DNA of 64,000 nt from positions 1,302,001 through 1,366,000 of the forward strand of contig JAYWIR010000042.1 of the NCBI GenBank assembly GCA_036172245.1, in the 5' to 3' direction. Source of the stretch: Raillietiella orientalis. Its lineage: Eukaryota. How positions within the stretch are numbered: position 1 is the stretch's first letter; each line of letters starts with the position of its first letter. The notes under the pieces are model-generated. The model did no database searches and was not told the origin of the DNA. It saw only the letters and a program-made list of their open reading frames with translations. A program made the position numbers and the translations under genes. Of this stretch, positions 37,500 to 51,435 are shown in pieces.

Positions 37500-38640
37500 A
37501 CTCCGTGCCCCGGGACGCCGCGGATGGGACACAGGACCGGGTGATCAGGGAAGCAGGTGAAAGAGCACGTCCCTCGCGAAGCGGCGCGCAGCAGCTCTTC
37601 CGGGGTGGTCTTTGGGTCGAAGTAAAGAAGCCGAAAGGAGTTCCGGGTACGTCTCGAAGGTCACCGCATCCCACCCACCCCAGCAGCGGGTGCACGGAGG
37701 TTCCCGGAGAACCCCTTGCACGAAAATACGCCCCAAGCAGTTCGAAGAGACGCTGCCTCTCGTCCGGGGATGCCGCAGGGCGGGGTTGCACGGGAGGTCC
37801 CAGTGTACAGAACAGAGAAGCCTCTCGGTGCTGCCGCATGGGGAGAGTGCGGAGCCACGGGTAGAAGGGAAAGGTCACAGAATTTACGGGCATTGTGGTC
37901 CTACAGAGCGGTCCTTCGGCACGAGCATAGGGGCGGCCGAGCGGCCCGTCCTCCTCTGGCCCACCAAATTCGTTGCTCCTCTTACGAGATCTACCGCTCT
38001 GCAGGTCGGCAATCGTCACTTCTCGCCCGTAGGGGTGACGGCGCCGTGGCCAGGAAGATGAAGGTGGACCGAGCGCACTTCCTCCCATCCCTTTCCAGTC
38101 TTCCAGGGAGACAGCTCTCGGGTCGTGGACGGGACGTATCAGGGTTGCGTCCGTGAGCGCGATGCAAGTCCAGGCGCCCACTGCCTTAGTGAGGTTCCGA
38201 GCATCTTCGTAAGGTCCCGGTTGCGAGGTAGCAGCGAGGCCAGCCACCGCCACACTGGATGGGGGAGAGGGGGAGTACAACGCAGAACTGCGGCAGGTGC
38301 GTGGACGAGGAGCCTCTTCCCCACCTGCTATGGCAACGAGCTGCCCTCCGAGCATTGGGCGAAGACCTTTTTCCGCTTCCCTACCCACCCCGGTGGACGA
38401 GCCACTCTCGGAGCGTCCTTCGTGCAGGATGCCGGGCCGCCCGTGGCCGTAGTCGTGGCACCTGCGTGAGCGGTGCTTCGCAGCGAGGGGCTCTGCCGAG
38501 AGCGGACAGGGAGACTGTCCTCTTCGCCACCCGCTTCCTGCAGGCAGCTTCGGGACGGTCCCATCTAAGAGGACATGAGGACCGCATCGGCATCCTGCGA
38601 AGGATGCAGACGAACCAGCGAGGTGGGCAGCGATCCCTCC
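37500..38640 (+). mobile_element. L1/Tx1-like relic, ORF2 C-terminal part
   Basis: NCGRCVDEEPLPHLL; GRSHLRGHEDRIGILRRMQ matches RWPHLDSKRDELASILRRMQ. Confidence 0.7.
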
Positions 38641-38699
38641 CCTTTCCTCTCGTACTTTTCTTTTCTCTCCTTCTTCTCCCCCCTCCTCCTCCCCCCTAC

Positions 38700-41600
38700 T
38701 CGTTGCTCCCTAAGGATTGTTGGATTCGGTACGGGCGTGGCGTCCCGTGGCGCGCGTTTCTTTCCCTGTAAAGAGACACTTTGGCGCAACTGGGTGGAAG
38801 ACAAATCTCTTTGTTTCGTCCTTTCGAGCCAAGCAAAAACCCCTTCCACTCTCTTAGTCGTTGGAAGCCCCACGGGGCACTTCCTGAAAAAAAGCCGGTT
38901 TTCTGTATTCCCATCTCGAACGCCAACTCGCTTCGAGGGATCACAGGAAAAAGATACGAGGAACCTCCTCCTTCCGTCGGAAGTTCAGATTCGTCGCAGG
39001 GCAGGATCTTCCTATTTGCTTCCGAAACAACGGGATTTCCATGCGTTCCCATCCCGATTGACGGGGTCTCTCCGCGGGACCCCCATGAAATGAAAAAGAA
39101 CTCGTGGCGCTGGCGCAGAGCAAGAAGATCTCGAGGAAAATCTCAGTGGCACTCGTTGAAGGTGCGATACCCAAGCAGAATAAGCAGCTGCCGGCGCAGC
39201 CATCTGGCAGGTGGCCTGGGGTTCAGCCGCTTCCCGAGGCGGAGGACCCGGAGAGCTGAAGGCGGCAGGTGATCTGTTCATGTGATGCCCGGAGGCTGAC
39301 GGAAGACCACGGTGACCTGTGGAACCTTCAGCTTCCGCCCACCTACTGAAGCGTCCAGCAACTCGGAAGTGAAGGCGTCCTCCATCCAGGGCACTCTCTC
39401 AAGAGTTCACCTTTCTGCTGTTTCTCCCGCTGGCAACACCTCGCGGATCGAAAGGGCAGAGCACATGATGGACTTCTCGCCAAAGGCGGAACGCTGAGAA
39501 AGTCAGATGCGCCCTGGAAGGCTCCAGCACCTCGGCCCCCGATTCCCTGTGCCTCTCTCTGTGAAGGGATGAATCTTGGAGTGATCCACGCTCGTGGAAA
39601 GCCCATGAGGAAGGGACTCTCGGCTCCCGCTTCCTGCATTTGTGGCGGCTGCTTTCCGAGTGACTCGTCATCAGGATATGACCTTTCGCTGACCTCCTTT
39701 TTTTTTTTTGTTCTTCCTTCTATCTCATACCTCTTGTTCTTATCTTTTTGTCGCTTGTTCATTCTCCTGTTGACTCCTTTCCTCTCTTTTCCTTCTTCCC
39801 TTCGTCCCCTGAATTTTTGTTTCCTTTCTTCCTCTTCAAAGTGCTCCCCTCTTCACCTCCTCTCCACCCCTCCTTTAGTTCTTGACTAGCGCCTTTTGTC
39901 TCTTCCGCCTTCCCCAACAAACCCTTTTTTTCCTCCCTCTTTTCCTGATCCCAGTCTTCCTTACAACTTCTCCTTTCCCTCTCATGTTTCCCTCCTCTTC
40001 GTGAGAACGCTTCCTACGCTCTTTCTTCTCCTTTACCACTTCCGGTTTCCCATTTCTCCGTCTCCAGCTTCCTCCAATAATCTTAGGATTTCCTCGCTGC
40101 TCTTACAAGTCTGGTGACCTCTCGGTCCGTTTTTTTTCTTTTCAGGTTCTCCAAGTGCTGAAGAACTGTTCGCCTTCTTAGGGGGGAGCTCACGAAGCAC
40201 TTTGACGCTGTCCACTCCACCTGAGGGTGCATCTCAGCTCTTCAAGTTAGGGGGAGACCCCATGTGCGGACCATCCTATGAGTTCCGGAAGGGCTCCGGA
40301 GGAAGGAGCCCCTCCCGTTCCTGTCACCTCTCGAGGAAGTTCCGAAGGGAACCAACACTTCCTCATTCTCTCTGGAGGAGACTCAAGGTTTGCAGGGGCT
40401 GCTACCCTTTTTCTTCTCCGGAGGAATCCCCCGAAATGGACCTGCTCCTTGTTTCCTTCTCTGAAGAGAACCCTCCGAAGGGACTCTTCTCCATTTTTCT
40501 GAAGGGTCCGCTCCCCGGAGGGAGCAGCGAGCTTTTTCATGACATCTTGGAGAGGTAATTGATCCACTAGCTCCATGGTAACGGGATGAAGGCTCCATTT
40601 GCAAAACCGGAGGAGGGGAAACCCTGAAGGGCCCCTTGACGTCCCGGAAGGACCCTGGAACGTCAATCTCGGCCAGTCGAGGAAGATATCCGGTTTCTGG
40701 CTGTTTCCACCATTGCTGCACCCGAAGTCAACCGAGGGCCAGCCAGCTTCATCTTACGGGAGGGGGGACTCTAAGCCCAAGATGTACCCTCCATTCTTGG
40801 CGTTGATCCTTCCCCAAGTGGGATTCGAACCCACGACGCTTGGTGCCACTCGCGGAGACCGCAGCCACGCGACTTCCAGCGAGAGATGCGACTTCTCCAC
40901 AAAGGTCTTCTCTTGATGCGCCTTTCTTGAGGCGGCCGGAATACATCCCTCAAGAGAAGCTTCACTTTAGAGGCTGGCAGTTCCTCTGTCCTTCCCTCCC
41001 CAAGTGCCGCTCATCCCTCCCTCCGCCTCGCTCAGGAACGTCCCTCCAGCCGACCACCAGGCCAGTCAACATTTCCGGCACCAACCTGAGGAGACTAGTA
41101 CGTGGTCGTAAGGATGGATACAAGGACCACCGCAGCCTCTTCGTTGCGATTGCTGCCACCTGCGAGATTCTCTTCCGTGGTGCTTCCAATGCGTGTGACC
41201 CGAATCCCTTCAAGCAACCAGTAAATCGTCATCATTTGGGCGTAGCAGAGGGAGAAGGGACTACTCACTTTGAATGTTCTGCAGGGATTAGTCCGAGGTC
41301 GGTGCAAAGGTTTCCTTTCGAAAAGACTGATTGATTCGCAGCTTTCTTCCTCTTCCTTTTGCTTTTCCCTTCCTTCCAGCAATCGATAAAAGGTTTTGCC
41401 TTTGCCAGCTTCCATGCCGTCGATTCCTAGCGACGGATTTCCCAAGGTCTTGCCTTCTCCCCCTCTTCCTCCTTTCCCCCATGCTGCCGGCGAGCGTCCG
41501 AGAGCGACCCGTCTCTACCGATCGCTACGCCTATGTCCAGGCGCCCGGCCCAGTCCTTCGCGAAATGCAGGACAGCTAAGGAGAGCTGCTCTCCGGGATG

Positions 41601-41900
41601 TTGTCGGCCACTGATGCCCTCCGTCTTCTTGGAACATCATCTGGAGGTACTTCCGATGAAGACCACTGCTCCCTTCGATTTTGATGACCAGAACAATGGC
41701 GTTCTGATCGTCCTGAAGATAAGAACGTATGCTTTTTTCTTCCCGGTTTACGATCTCCCTTCCGGAACACTCACTCCGAGGTACGGGTCCTTCTGTCGAA
41801 GCCATAAGGGCAGCCGCTTCCGCCTGATGGCGGACCAGCAGCCGCGCTGTACAGTGTTGCCACGACACGCCTAGCCTAGTTCCGGACCCCATCAGAAAAG
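38700..41900 (-). mobile_element. LINE ORF1-like relic of the local repeat family (includes a purine/pyrimidine low-complexity tract at about 39690-40090)
   Basis: Clear similarity to 17.5-18.2 kb and 47.2-47.7 kb. Confidence 0.5.
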
Positions 41901-43449
41901 GGGGAATGGGTAGGTAGGGAAAGCACTGACCGCAGTGCTATCTCTACCTGTCGTTAGTTGTTGACCCCGTGGGATTCGTTTTTGAGTACCGGACGGTGTA
42001 CCAGCAGCTGTCCTGAAGGCTTTTTCCCTGCCCTCCGGATGGGGGCACGCGTGGGACGGGCGACCGACATCCTGCCTCCGTGAGAGCTGACCTGCCGAAA
42101 GCTACATGCGAGGGCACGCGAGGGTATTATGGAAGCGCGCAGACCACTCGGCACGTCGTCGAAACTGGAGCGAGGTCCACGGACACATCCCCTGGAAGGA
42201 AAGAGGTGCTGCGGTTTTCAAGGAACGCCCCTTTCCAACGGGAGCAGAAGCGGATCACGGTTCCCCTTATGGGTGGTCCCTTGACTCCATTTTTTTCCGG
42301 TTCACCCTGCTATGGGGATGCATCTTTGACTTATCTCCGAGCCTTTGTTCAGATTTTGCCGGAGGCGAAGGTAGCTAAGGACAAAGTGGGGGATAAGAGT
42401 AAGAGGGGAGGAAGAAGATGACTCTTCTTCTAGAATTCACCCACTACCATTTGGAGGAACGCGGGTGGGCAGGGCGGTGTGTGCGCGCTCAGGAGGAGGC
42501 GGACCGCAGCCGAGCTGACCGGAATCCTTTGCCTGTGGACACATGGAATCGTGCCCGGAGGACAGCATGGAGTCGCCTTCTTCCCGTCGTCACGTCACGG
42601 ATTAGCAGGTCCCTGACGACGAGATCTTCCCCCTAGGCGTGGCCTCTGTAACAGGCACCCAAGTAGGATTTTGGGGTACGATTCCGGGCGGCCACGAGAA
42701 ACTTTTCCGTCGTCGGGTCACGTGTCCGTTGCAGCCGTGTTGCGGATTCCCAATTTTAGATGAGGGATGTGTTCCTACCACCCCAAAGAATTCCAATTTC
42801 CTTGAGTCGAGAGTTGTAGAAGTTGGTTTATTTATTTATTTATTTTTGCGTTACGCAAGTGCCTCTGATTTTGCTGGCTGAACTATCGGGCTCACTCGTT
42901 TTTCTCTACTTGGTAGCACTAGGGGTGAGGTCAAAGGGCGATGTGAATGAAAGAGGCGAATGGATGAGTTTCTTCCCACCGAACAAGAGCGGGATCCTTC
43001 AAACATGGGGCAAGACAATCGTCGATCGGAAGCAGGAGGACTGGACCGTGAACAAAGTCTCGAGATTCAGTTTCTCAGCTAGACCAAATTTTCAGACGTG
43101 CTAAAATTCCGTTATTCGTGGTGTTTTCTCAAGCACTTCACGTCTCTTTCCCCCCATGCGAAAAGCTCTGCCTCTCTCCGCTGTACCAATATTTAATAAA
43201 CGTAATAAAAAACCCATTTAGATTCAGTGCGCATCGTTACATCCTTGTTGCACAGCCATCCTTTTGTAATGTACATGCCGGTAAAACTAACGAAACATCA
43301 TGTCCGTTTTTTTATTAATCCAATACATTAATGTAATACAAGTTTGATTAATTGAGTCTTTACCATTATGGCTGATTGGAGACGCGTTCGGACGAGGCTC
43401 CTGCCTTTGTTCCTCTTGCGCGACCTTCTCCACATCCCGGCGAGATTGT

Positions 43450-43990
43450 GGTGAACTCTCGAGGCGGAGTCGATTTTGAGGATTTTCGCCTACGGGTGTG
43501 CGCCCACTTTTGCTCGCTGCCGCAGTCATTTCTGGGAAGCGCTGCTCCCACATTTCGACGTGCAGTTCCCAAGAGATTGCACAGATTCGGAACGCGCCGC
43601 TTTCCGAAAGGATGTTTCCCTGCAGGGATGCAGGTCTGGTGAAATTCAGTCAGCAGAAACTCCGAGTGAATTTGCGACCAAGTGAACCACACAGACCTCG
43701 TCCAGCGCACAAGCTGAAGATTTGCAGAAGGAGTAAATTTTAACCACACCTAGAATAGAAGATGAAAACGCGTGCAGTTCCATCTCAGTTTAGCGAAATA
43801 CTCCAAGCCCACTTTCCAGCTCCACCCAAGGCTTCGATATTTGTTCCCACGTTCCCCACCGTTGCGACCCAAGGTCTCTTATCGCGAGCTGCTGATGCAG
43901 CTGGAGAGTTCGAAGATTCACGCCTTCATTCTTCTAGCTTCACCAGTAATAACCTTCAAACTCTTTGTGCTGTGTGGTAAATGTCTCTCC
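43450..43990 (+). pseudogene. H4-like then H2B-like relics
   Basis: RGGV, RDCTDSERAAFRKDV (RDAVTYTEHAKRKTV); then LLSRAADAA (IFERIAGEA), SSFTSNNLQT (STITSREIQT). Confidence 0.43.
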
Positions 43991-45469
43991 ACGTCACTCG
44001 TCCCCGTAGCTGCGAAAGATTGACGGCTGAATAAGCAAGCACACGCAACTTTTCCGCTTTCTTCCACGAAGAATTCCGAGCCGAATCAAACAGCTAATGC
44101 TGGTCACCACAGCTTTTTTTTTTTTCTTTCTGTCTTCTCTTTCCTCATATTTGGTGCTGTAGGTCACTCTATCCATACAGATTTGAGATTCCATGCTGGA
44201 AACAAAAGGGTTCATTAAACGATGTACATGAATTGACGTACACTACGTACACTTGCCTTTCAACTTTGATACTCTCTTTAGCTCTCACGCTGAACAAACA
44301 GATCCTTTGATTGTTTTTTGGTGTGGTGGGATTTTTTTCAGGGTAAGTTTAAATTATTGGATCATGAATGTGTGGGGCAGTGCACCTTCACCAGCAAACC
44401 TTACGGCAAGCAAGGTCATCCCGGTTTCAAAAATGTCTCTATGTCTGGAGAAGAAAGGTACAGCCGATTTCGTAAGCTGTCCGGGAGCAAGATGACAGAG
44501 GAGGTGGCAGCCTAAATTGGGAAGAAGAGCGAGGGGAAGGAAAGAAGCTGAAGGGATTTTCGGTTTCCCGGGTTCTGGCGCAGCCTATGTTCCTCTGCTG
44601 TAAACAAGTGTGGGAGCGTAGCAACGGACTCAAGAGCCGTCGACAGACAGTTCACGATGACAAGGATGGCAAATGGAAAATGGTGCTGCAACACTGTGAC
44701 TCTGAGAGGCTTTTCGCAGGAGTAGCAGACCATGGGACGAACAGATCTCTTGCTTCTGTATAAGCATCTGCTATTGCTGCCTGTTGCTGGTCTCTTTGAC
44801 ATTAGATCCCAAAAGCTACTGGCAATTCTTGCATTCTTGAGGCATCTTCGTTCACTAGTGTGTCACCTGGAGTACTCCGCTGTTTGTTTGCTGTTGAGGT
44901 CGTGACATAGGGATCGCCATCCTCCGGAAATGCGATCCAATTGCTTTTGCCGCTCTGCCACGGTGAGAGCCCTGAACCCTCGGGACTGGCTGAGGACAAG
45001 CTAACGCCAGGAACGCAGGATGAGGGCATCATGAATGTTGCTTGAGGGCTATGAGAAGGAGAGTGAAACAAGGGGTCCACTCTTTTTGCTGAGGTGGGTC
45101 CTCGAAAAGCGGCGTACCTTGGCTCTCCCATCGCCTCATGCTTCATGCGTCTTGTTTTTCCCCCTCGTTCTCCCTAAGAAGACGTCCGCAAGGTCCAAAG
45201 AGGAAACCTCACTGGGGTCACTCACATACCAGTTCCTAGAGCGCTCTTGCTATTCCTCGTCCTTGAGAGGGAGAAACGTTTCCCTACTCATGGTTGAAAG
45301 TTTGGTTCCCTGGTTCCGTTGCCCACTCGTCAAAGACCTCCAGCACAAATCGTAGAGGGCGCGCACACATTGTTTTGCGGTGCCATTCGTCAATAAGATG
45401 CGAAGGACAAACGTGACAGCGGGTACAGGAATGTGCCCGGAAGAGCACCACTGCGGACAGCGCGCACGT

Positions 45470-46745
45470 GATCGTCAAGGACGTTGACACCTCTGCCTCG
45501 TGGAAGTCGAAGTGCTCCGGCTTTTCGTACTCCATGAGTACGGTAAGCACATATTCATAGGTCGAGAGAGATGCCAAGTGTAGACTGATGCTGCAGACCG
45601 CGTACCAATGATATGCCCCTCCGAGATTGCAAAACAGATGCCATTAGTTGTTTTATGATGGAATGTAGGAAGAGTGCAACAAACCACTGTTGCAGAAGAG
45701 CACGAAATGCGAATCTCCCTGTGCGTTTGCGTGACGGCCGTGAGGGTCCCAGAGGCACTGCAATATCGGGTCAACCCGCTCCAAAAGTGGAGCAAGCTCC
45801 AAGCATACCGTCCACTTCCAAAACGTAATTTCATATACTGGCCACCAGATGCAGTATGGATGGCGTTTCAGATACTAAGCTAATAAGAACGGATTTATCT
45901 CATTGAGATATTGCAAAATATATATAAAAAAACGAAGACTTGATGGATCTGACGCATCTTTCCTTCTTGGGCTAAGAAAGTGAAAGCCTGCTTCTTCGGA
46001 TGAACTCCAAACCTCGGATGAAGTCCGAACCTCTCCTGAAGGGGCAGCACGTGTGCTCCGGACAACGACAGCAAAGTGCTGTCGGGAAATTACGTCCTTC
46101 GGTGGTTGTCACTTTTTCGCAGTGTTGCTGAAGAATGCCGACGCACCAGAAAGGAGCAGCCATAAGATTTTTCTCCGCTCCTATGGTGAACTGAGCCGTC
46201 ATTTGTACTTCACCAGCGTTGTTAGTAAATCCGGCGCTGAAGAGTCACGAATTGCATGGTGAGCTGGAGAGAGAGAGAGATGCTGAGCATTTTCTGGGGG
46301 CTGTGGAGATAAAGGTATGTTAGAGGGTAGGGAGAAGGATGGACAAGGACCCGATCAGAGGGCTGCTGGATGCAGGCATTGCGGGACCGGATGAAACACG
46401 CAGAGCAGTACTGTAGCAGAGGCTCATAGGAAGGAAGTAGCTGTGAAGGAAGGCACATTTTTTTTTCCCGCTCCAAGGAAGTGATGTTGGAGAAAACGAA
46501 GTCATCAGTGAGGCGAATTGGCTGATTCCGAGAGGAAGAGCAAGTGGAGGACCTCTTACGTTAGGATATGTCACTGAAAGAGCCGAACGGAAAGCCAAGG
46601 TTCCGCTTCTGCACTGCGCGCTGAGCAACTGCTCTGAAATCCGGGTCGAAGGGGGCAGGCACACCTTCCTTCTCTTGGGGTAAGGGTCGGGAAGCAGGAG
46701 CCGAAGGAAGTCAGATTTGAAATGAAGCTGCATCAACTCGTTTCT
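45470..46745 (-). pseudogene. Heavily decayed, intronless actin or actin-related pseudogene
   Basis: Collinear motif remnants over about 1.27 kb: RVDAAS (VVDNGS), FKSDF (CKAGF), AQCRSGTL...TYPNVRG (AQSKRGIL.KYPIEHG), PSDRVLVHPSP (PEEHPVLLTEAP), EGRNFPTAL (EGYALPHAI), VRSIK (VRDIK), THREIR (CDVDIR), LASLSTYEY..MEY (LASLSTFQQ..QEY). Many frameshifts. Confidence 0.62.
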
Positions 46746-47199
46746 TATTTCTTAACGCCCTTCCCCACACCCTTCCTCCCTCCTTTCCGCCCCTTTGAAT
46801 CGAGTCTTTAGAAGGTCTGCATGCAAACATCCCGGAGTCTTCCAGGATTCGTCTCTTCCTGTCGATGACAATGTAGAGGAGAGAATTCTCAACGGTCGTA
46901 CAGAGCTGTGAAGACAAGAACTTTCTCTGCTTCTCTGCGGAAGAAGCAGGCAGGAACCCGAGAACCACGAGGCAGCTTTGTGCGGAAACCTGGTTCAACA
47001 AGCAAGCCCAGGTTAGGAAGAGGGAGTAGAGGAGAAGAGGCGGGAAGCGATGGACGGAACGAGAGCACCCTGGAGGGAAAAGGTTTCCATTTGGGAAACG
47101 GGAAATTCTAGAAGGATGTGTAAACTCGTGGGAATTCCAAGGGAACCGGTCTCGTCAAAATGAAGGCCCGTGCCCCACCAGGACGGCAATACAGAGAGC

Positions 47200-48512
47200 A
47201 TCGGCCCGCATAGGCGGCCCTGTGTCCGCGGTCTCGGCGCGTGGTACCAGGCGTTGCAGGTTCGAATCCCGCCCAGAGAAGCTCCGAGAAATGGGTGCTT
47301 CGTGGGTTTCGAGTGCCCCTCCCCCCACGAGATGGCGCTCCGGTTGGCCTGCCGGCTTCGGGTGTGGCCCCGATGGAAACTGAAAGCCGGATGCCCCCCG
47401 CTGACTGGACGGGACTGGAAGTTGACCCGCCGGGGTCCTTTCAGAAATCGAGGAGCACTGGTTCCCTCCGGAAAGGGATCCTCTATTGCGTACTGAGGAG
47501 CTGGTTGATACCCCGTTTCGAGGGTTGCCTCTCCAGAGTGAGAAGCGTGCTGCTCCCTTCGGGGAGAGACCTTTCAGAGAAATCGGGAAGCGTCCCTTCG
47601 GGGGTTCTCTTCAGAGGAGAAGTAACGAGGAGCTCATCTTTTCCGGGGGTTTCTTCGGAGAAGAAGGGAGGAGTGACCCCCTCTGTGGAGTGCCTCCAGA
47701 GAGAACAAGAAAGAGTTTTCCTACCAAGCGTAAAAGATGGCGCTCAGCCCGTTCCAGAACGGTGTAAAGCTCGTTTGCGGCTCTCCTCCTCCTTCCTCCC
47801 CCTGCTTTTTGTTTGCCTCGCTTTCCCTGCGATCAAGAAGCAAACCGAGGACCTCCTGAGGGCAGCCCCGTGGGGCACAGGGAGGTCCAGAGACATACAC
47901 CTGTGCGTTCCACATAGGGATGATGGGCTGGGTCTCTCCTGAACGCTGGAGCGGATGGAGAATCAGCTCCAATTTCGAAGGCTCGCCCTTGTGGAGGAAT
48001 TGTGGACCACGCCTTGGTGCGCGCCAGCACGCCCCCTCGTCAAGCAAGCAGTCGGCTGCGACGAGGACTAGTCTAGCCTAGACTCGGGCGCGGGGGCGGC
48101 CTGGAACGCAGGAAAAAGAAGGCCGGAATGGAAAGGACGCGGGGACGAGAAGTTTCTTGAAGACCTCCACGAGATGGCCCCACATAGACAGCATCCGGAG
48201 CAACCTTGCCAGCATCTTGGACAGTATGGAGAGGACGCCTCGCAGCGAGCTGTGATCCCTTACTCGATTTTTCCCCCCTCCTCCAGAGAAAAAATTTCCT
48301 CCCCCTGTTTGGTTTGCTAATTCTTGTTTTCGCTTCCCTTTCTCCTTGGCTGCCGAAGTGGACTTTGCCGGCCTGCGTATCTTCAAATTGATAGGTTGAA
48401 TACGTTTTCTTTTTAGTACGTGGCAGAATCACGTGTTTCACCGCATAATTGTATTCTGATTACTTATTTATTTTTTTATAATAAACGTCCCTGCAAATCC
48501 AGGTGAGAAACC
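47200..48512 (+). mobile_element. Internally deleted LINE relic: ORF1-like segment joined to the ORF2 extreme C-terminus and 3' motif
   Basis: ORF1-family peptide at 47486; TRWPHIDSIRSNLASIL at about 48170-48220; AATAAACGTCCCTGCAAATCCAGGTGA at 48480. Confidence 0.62.
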
Positions 48513-49169
48513 AAGCGTAAGGGGAACGCAATTCCTTCTTTTGAAGACATCCTGTATTCATTGGGTGGTCCCCTCCAGGGGTACTCCCAACATAGCTTGA
48601 AGAGTTACACTCACCCTCGGATGGTGTGGACAGTGTTAAAGAGCTCGGTGAGTTCCCCCGCTCCCCTCCCTGGGGGGAGCGGACGGTTATTCAGCACTCA
48701 GAGAACCAAAAACAAAAAAAAAAAGCTGGAAGGAAAGAAGCGGGAAACAGAACAACCCGGGAGAGGACGACGACATCACAGCGAGAAGTGGCCAGTATCC
48801 AGGAGGAGGAGAGAAACGCAGGGGATCGCGAAAGGGTCTCGAGGGACAACTAAGGGCGTTCAGTGAGGCGGGCATACCGGGCCGGCGCGTGGAAAAGAAC
48901 GCACCTTCCCGAGTTTCTCGCAAGCGAACCCGGAAAAGGCACGGGAAGCTTCGCGCTCCTACTATTGCGTGCTTGCAAAAAGCACGAATAGTAGGAAGGC
49001 GGAGAGCAGCGGATTAATCTGTCGTCGCAAAGAGACGGTGCCTTTTATCCTAAAAATGGATGGGCCGATCGAGAGCTTTCAATCAGATAAGTGACCCTTT
49101 CTTTTGTCTTCTTTTTTTTTTTTTTTTTTTAACTTTTTTTCCAGCGCGGCCTTTGCGCCTCTCAGTGGC

Positions 49170-49600
49170 GCCTCGTTCGAATCCTCCGGGTTAGCTCGCA
49201 CGGTTTGCGCCACCCACAGAGCCACCGCTCTCCAGCACGACATTTTTGCCGATCGAAACCGAGCACGCGCCGCGGACAGGTTCCACTGCGGAAGATTCGG
49301 CGCAAGATGCCTCCGGCGGCCGCAGCCACGATTTTCGGGTCAGAGGCTGACTCTTGCGGGCGGTGACAAAAAGGCGCCCTCCTCGGGCCGTCCACGCTTA
49401 TTTGAACCTCGGGAGCAGAAGAAAACCCAGCTGTCCTAGCAAGGACAGAGCACAAGGTTACGGTGGCAAAGGCGAAACCCTGCAGCCGATGTCTTCGGTG
49501 ACTGCATTGACTGCAGCTGCGCGAGACCGTGATCAGCAGGAAAGGATGCAATCGCATTTTTTGCCCGTTTCTCAAAGAACAACAAGTTGCGGGGAGGGAA
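49170..49600 (+). pseudogene. H2B-like then H2A-like relics
   Basis: HDIF (NDIF), QRLTLAG (VRLLLPG); then AAARD...SHF (NAARD...RHL). Confidence 0.42.
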
Positions 49601-50139
49601 GGGCTGCGTCCCAGAGATGAAGACTTCCATAGGAACGAAGGAAATCTGCTACGAGCCTCGGTCTGCTGTTTCTGCGGATGATCCCGTTCCCAGATCGTCC
49701 TTCTTGCCTTCCGATGTGTCTTGATTTTCAAGCCAAACGACACCGGATGAACTGGAATTTCTAGGCACCACAAAGGAGCAAGGATAAGGAATTTTGCCTT
49801 TTTTTTTTTTTCACTGCGCGTCTCCGAAACTCTTCTCCAAGACACTCATTCTCCAAAGCATATTCTTCTTCCTGGGTATTACCGCACTTATGAGATAAGC
49901 TGCACGTATCCATGCAAGCAGCAATTTTTCTTGCTTGTAAAATTCCTTTATGCCTTTACAGTGGTAGCGGCATTCTCGATCCCACAATTACTGTTACATT
50001 ATTATTTACTCCAACTCCAACCTTTCTTCCCTCCCTGAAAGATAGAGATAACCAAGGAAAATATGGGCTTGAGATCACTCACTTTCGCGCTCCTGGGAAA
50101 CGGAACGCCGTTCCACCTTTCAATCGCGTGGAACTTCCT

Positions 50140-50360
50140 TGTGGAAAAAAGCAGGCAGGAAAGCATCCCGGTGGGCATTTCGCGTTCTCTTCCCTCGCCA
50201 TGAGGCTTGATAACTTCTTAGCGACACTCACGATAACTTCTTGCGCTCCTGGAATGTGCTCGGAATTACGTTTCGTGATTTACTTGTGTGTTATGTCGCA
50301 ATTTCTTTCCCGACCCTTTGAGGAAAACGATCTTTTAACTGCGGGAATGGCATTGCATCG
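50140..50360 (+). pseudogene. H2B-like relic
   Basis: KQ...HPG...SSLAMRLDNFL ([21 protein letters not shown]). Confidence 0.48.
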
Positions 50361-50419
50361 TCTTACGCTGGATGGCTGGAGGTTGGCTTTTATTTTGGCG
50401 ATGACTTTTTTTTTTTTTT

Positions 50420-50570
50420 TTCGGATGCCCTTTGCCAGGGATTGCGGGGTCTCGGCGTAACTGGGGCGTGCCATCACGGGAGGGACTGCGAGTGTGTCCC
50501 GGTCAGATCCTGAAAGGCTTCGTGCGCGCACCTTTTTCACACCTCCCGTTCGAGAACGGGATCCGGGAAA
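50420..50570 (-). pseudogene. H3-like relic
   Basis: Exact H3 motif TGGVKK. Confidence 0.4.
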
Positions 50571-51324
50571 CCTCACCGCCACTCACGACGACGTCGCCGC
50601 TTCCAAGAGGAAAGACAGGAATTAGGACAACCCCGGAATTCCGGTTTTCCTCTTCCCGGCGTCATGTTATTTTTGTCTCTTCGAACGATCATCACGTATT
50701 CTGCCCTGGCTTTTTACCTTCACGCTCCTCCGATCTTGATTCGAACTTTTGTGTCTGCAGTTTGGTTCACGCTTCCCCTGCCACTTCCTTGAAAGTACAG
50801 ACCCCCATGCAGATTTCAACAGGAAGAAGCAGCAGAGCACCGCGCAAGTTTTGACCCCACGCTCAATTTAGACGTTTGTCGCCCTCTTCGCTGAACATCG
50901 TGCAACTTTCGCTCCTTTGGGAGAGAAATCCAGGTACCCGGGGATTCTACGCTCATCTTCGGATTGTTTTTCCTTCCCTTCTTTCTTCTTCGCCTTGTTA
51001 ATGTTTCTGTGGAATTTTTTTTTTCCTCCGTGGTTGAGTGTAATCATCTGTCTCGACGTGGGTGCTTCTGCCTTGTGTCTTTTTCATGATTAGCGACCCC
51101 TTTCCTTCTTAAGATGAAGTTAGCGAAGGAGACTTCAGATCCACCATGCATCAATCCTTGGACTTCAGGTTCATTACTAACGAACTAATCAGTTTACCGC
51201 GAGTGAGTTCACTCTCTGTATCAAATTGGCAGTCTCTTCAATCTGAAATGCTTCCCTCTGGAGTTCTTTGATCACCAATCCCCTGATAATGAAGAATGGT
51301 AACGATCCATCCGAACCCCGGGAA

Positions 51325-51435
<111 letters not shown>

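Noticed and set aside
47221..47280. Functional tRNA gene
   Set aside because: There is no anticodon arm or acceptor stem; only the T-loop and partial D-arm resemble tRNA.
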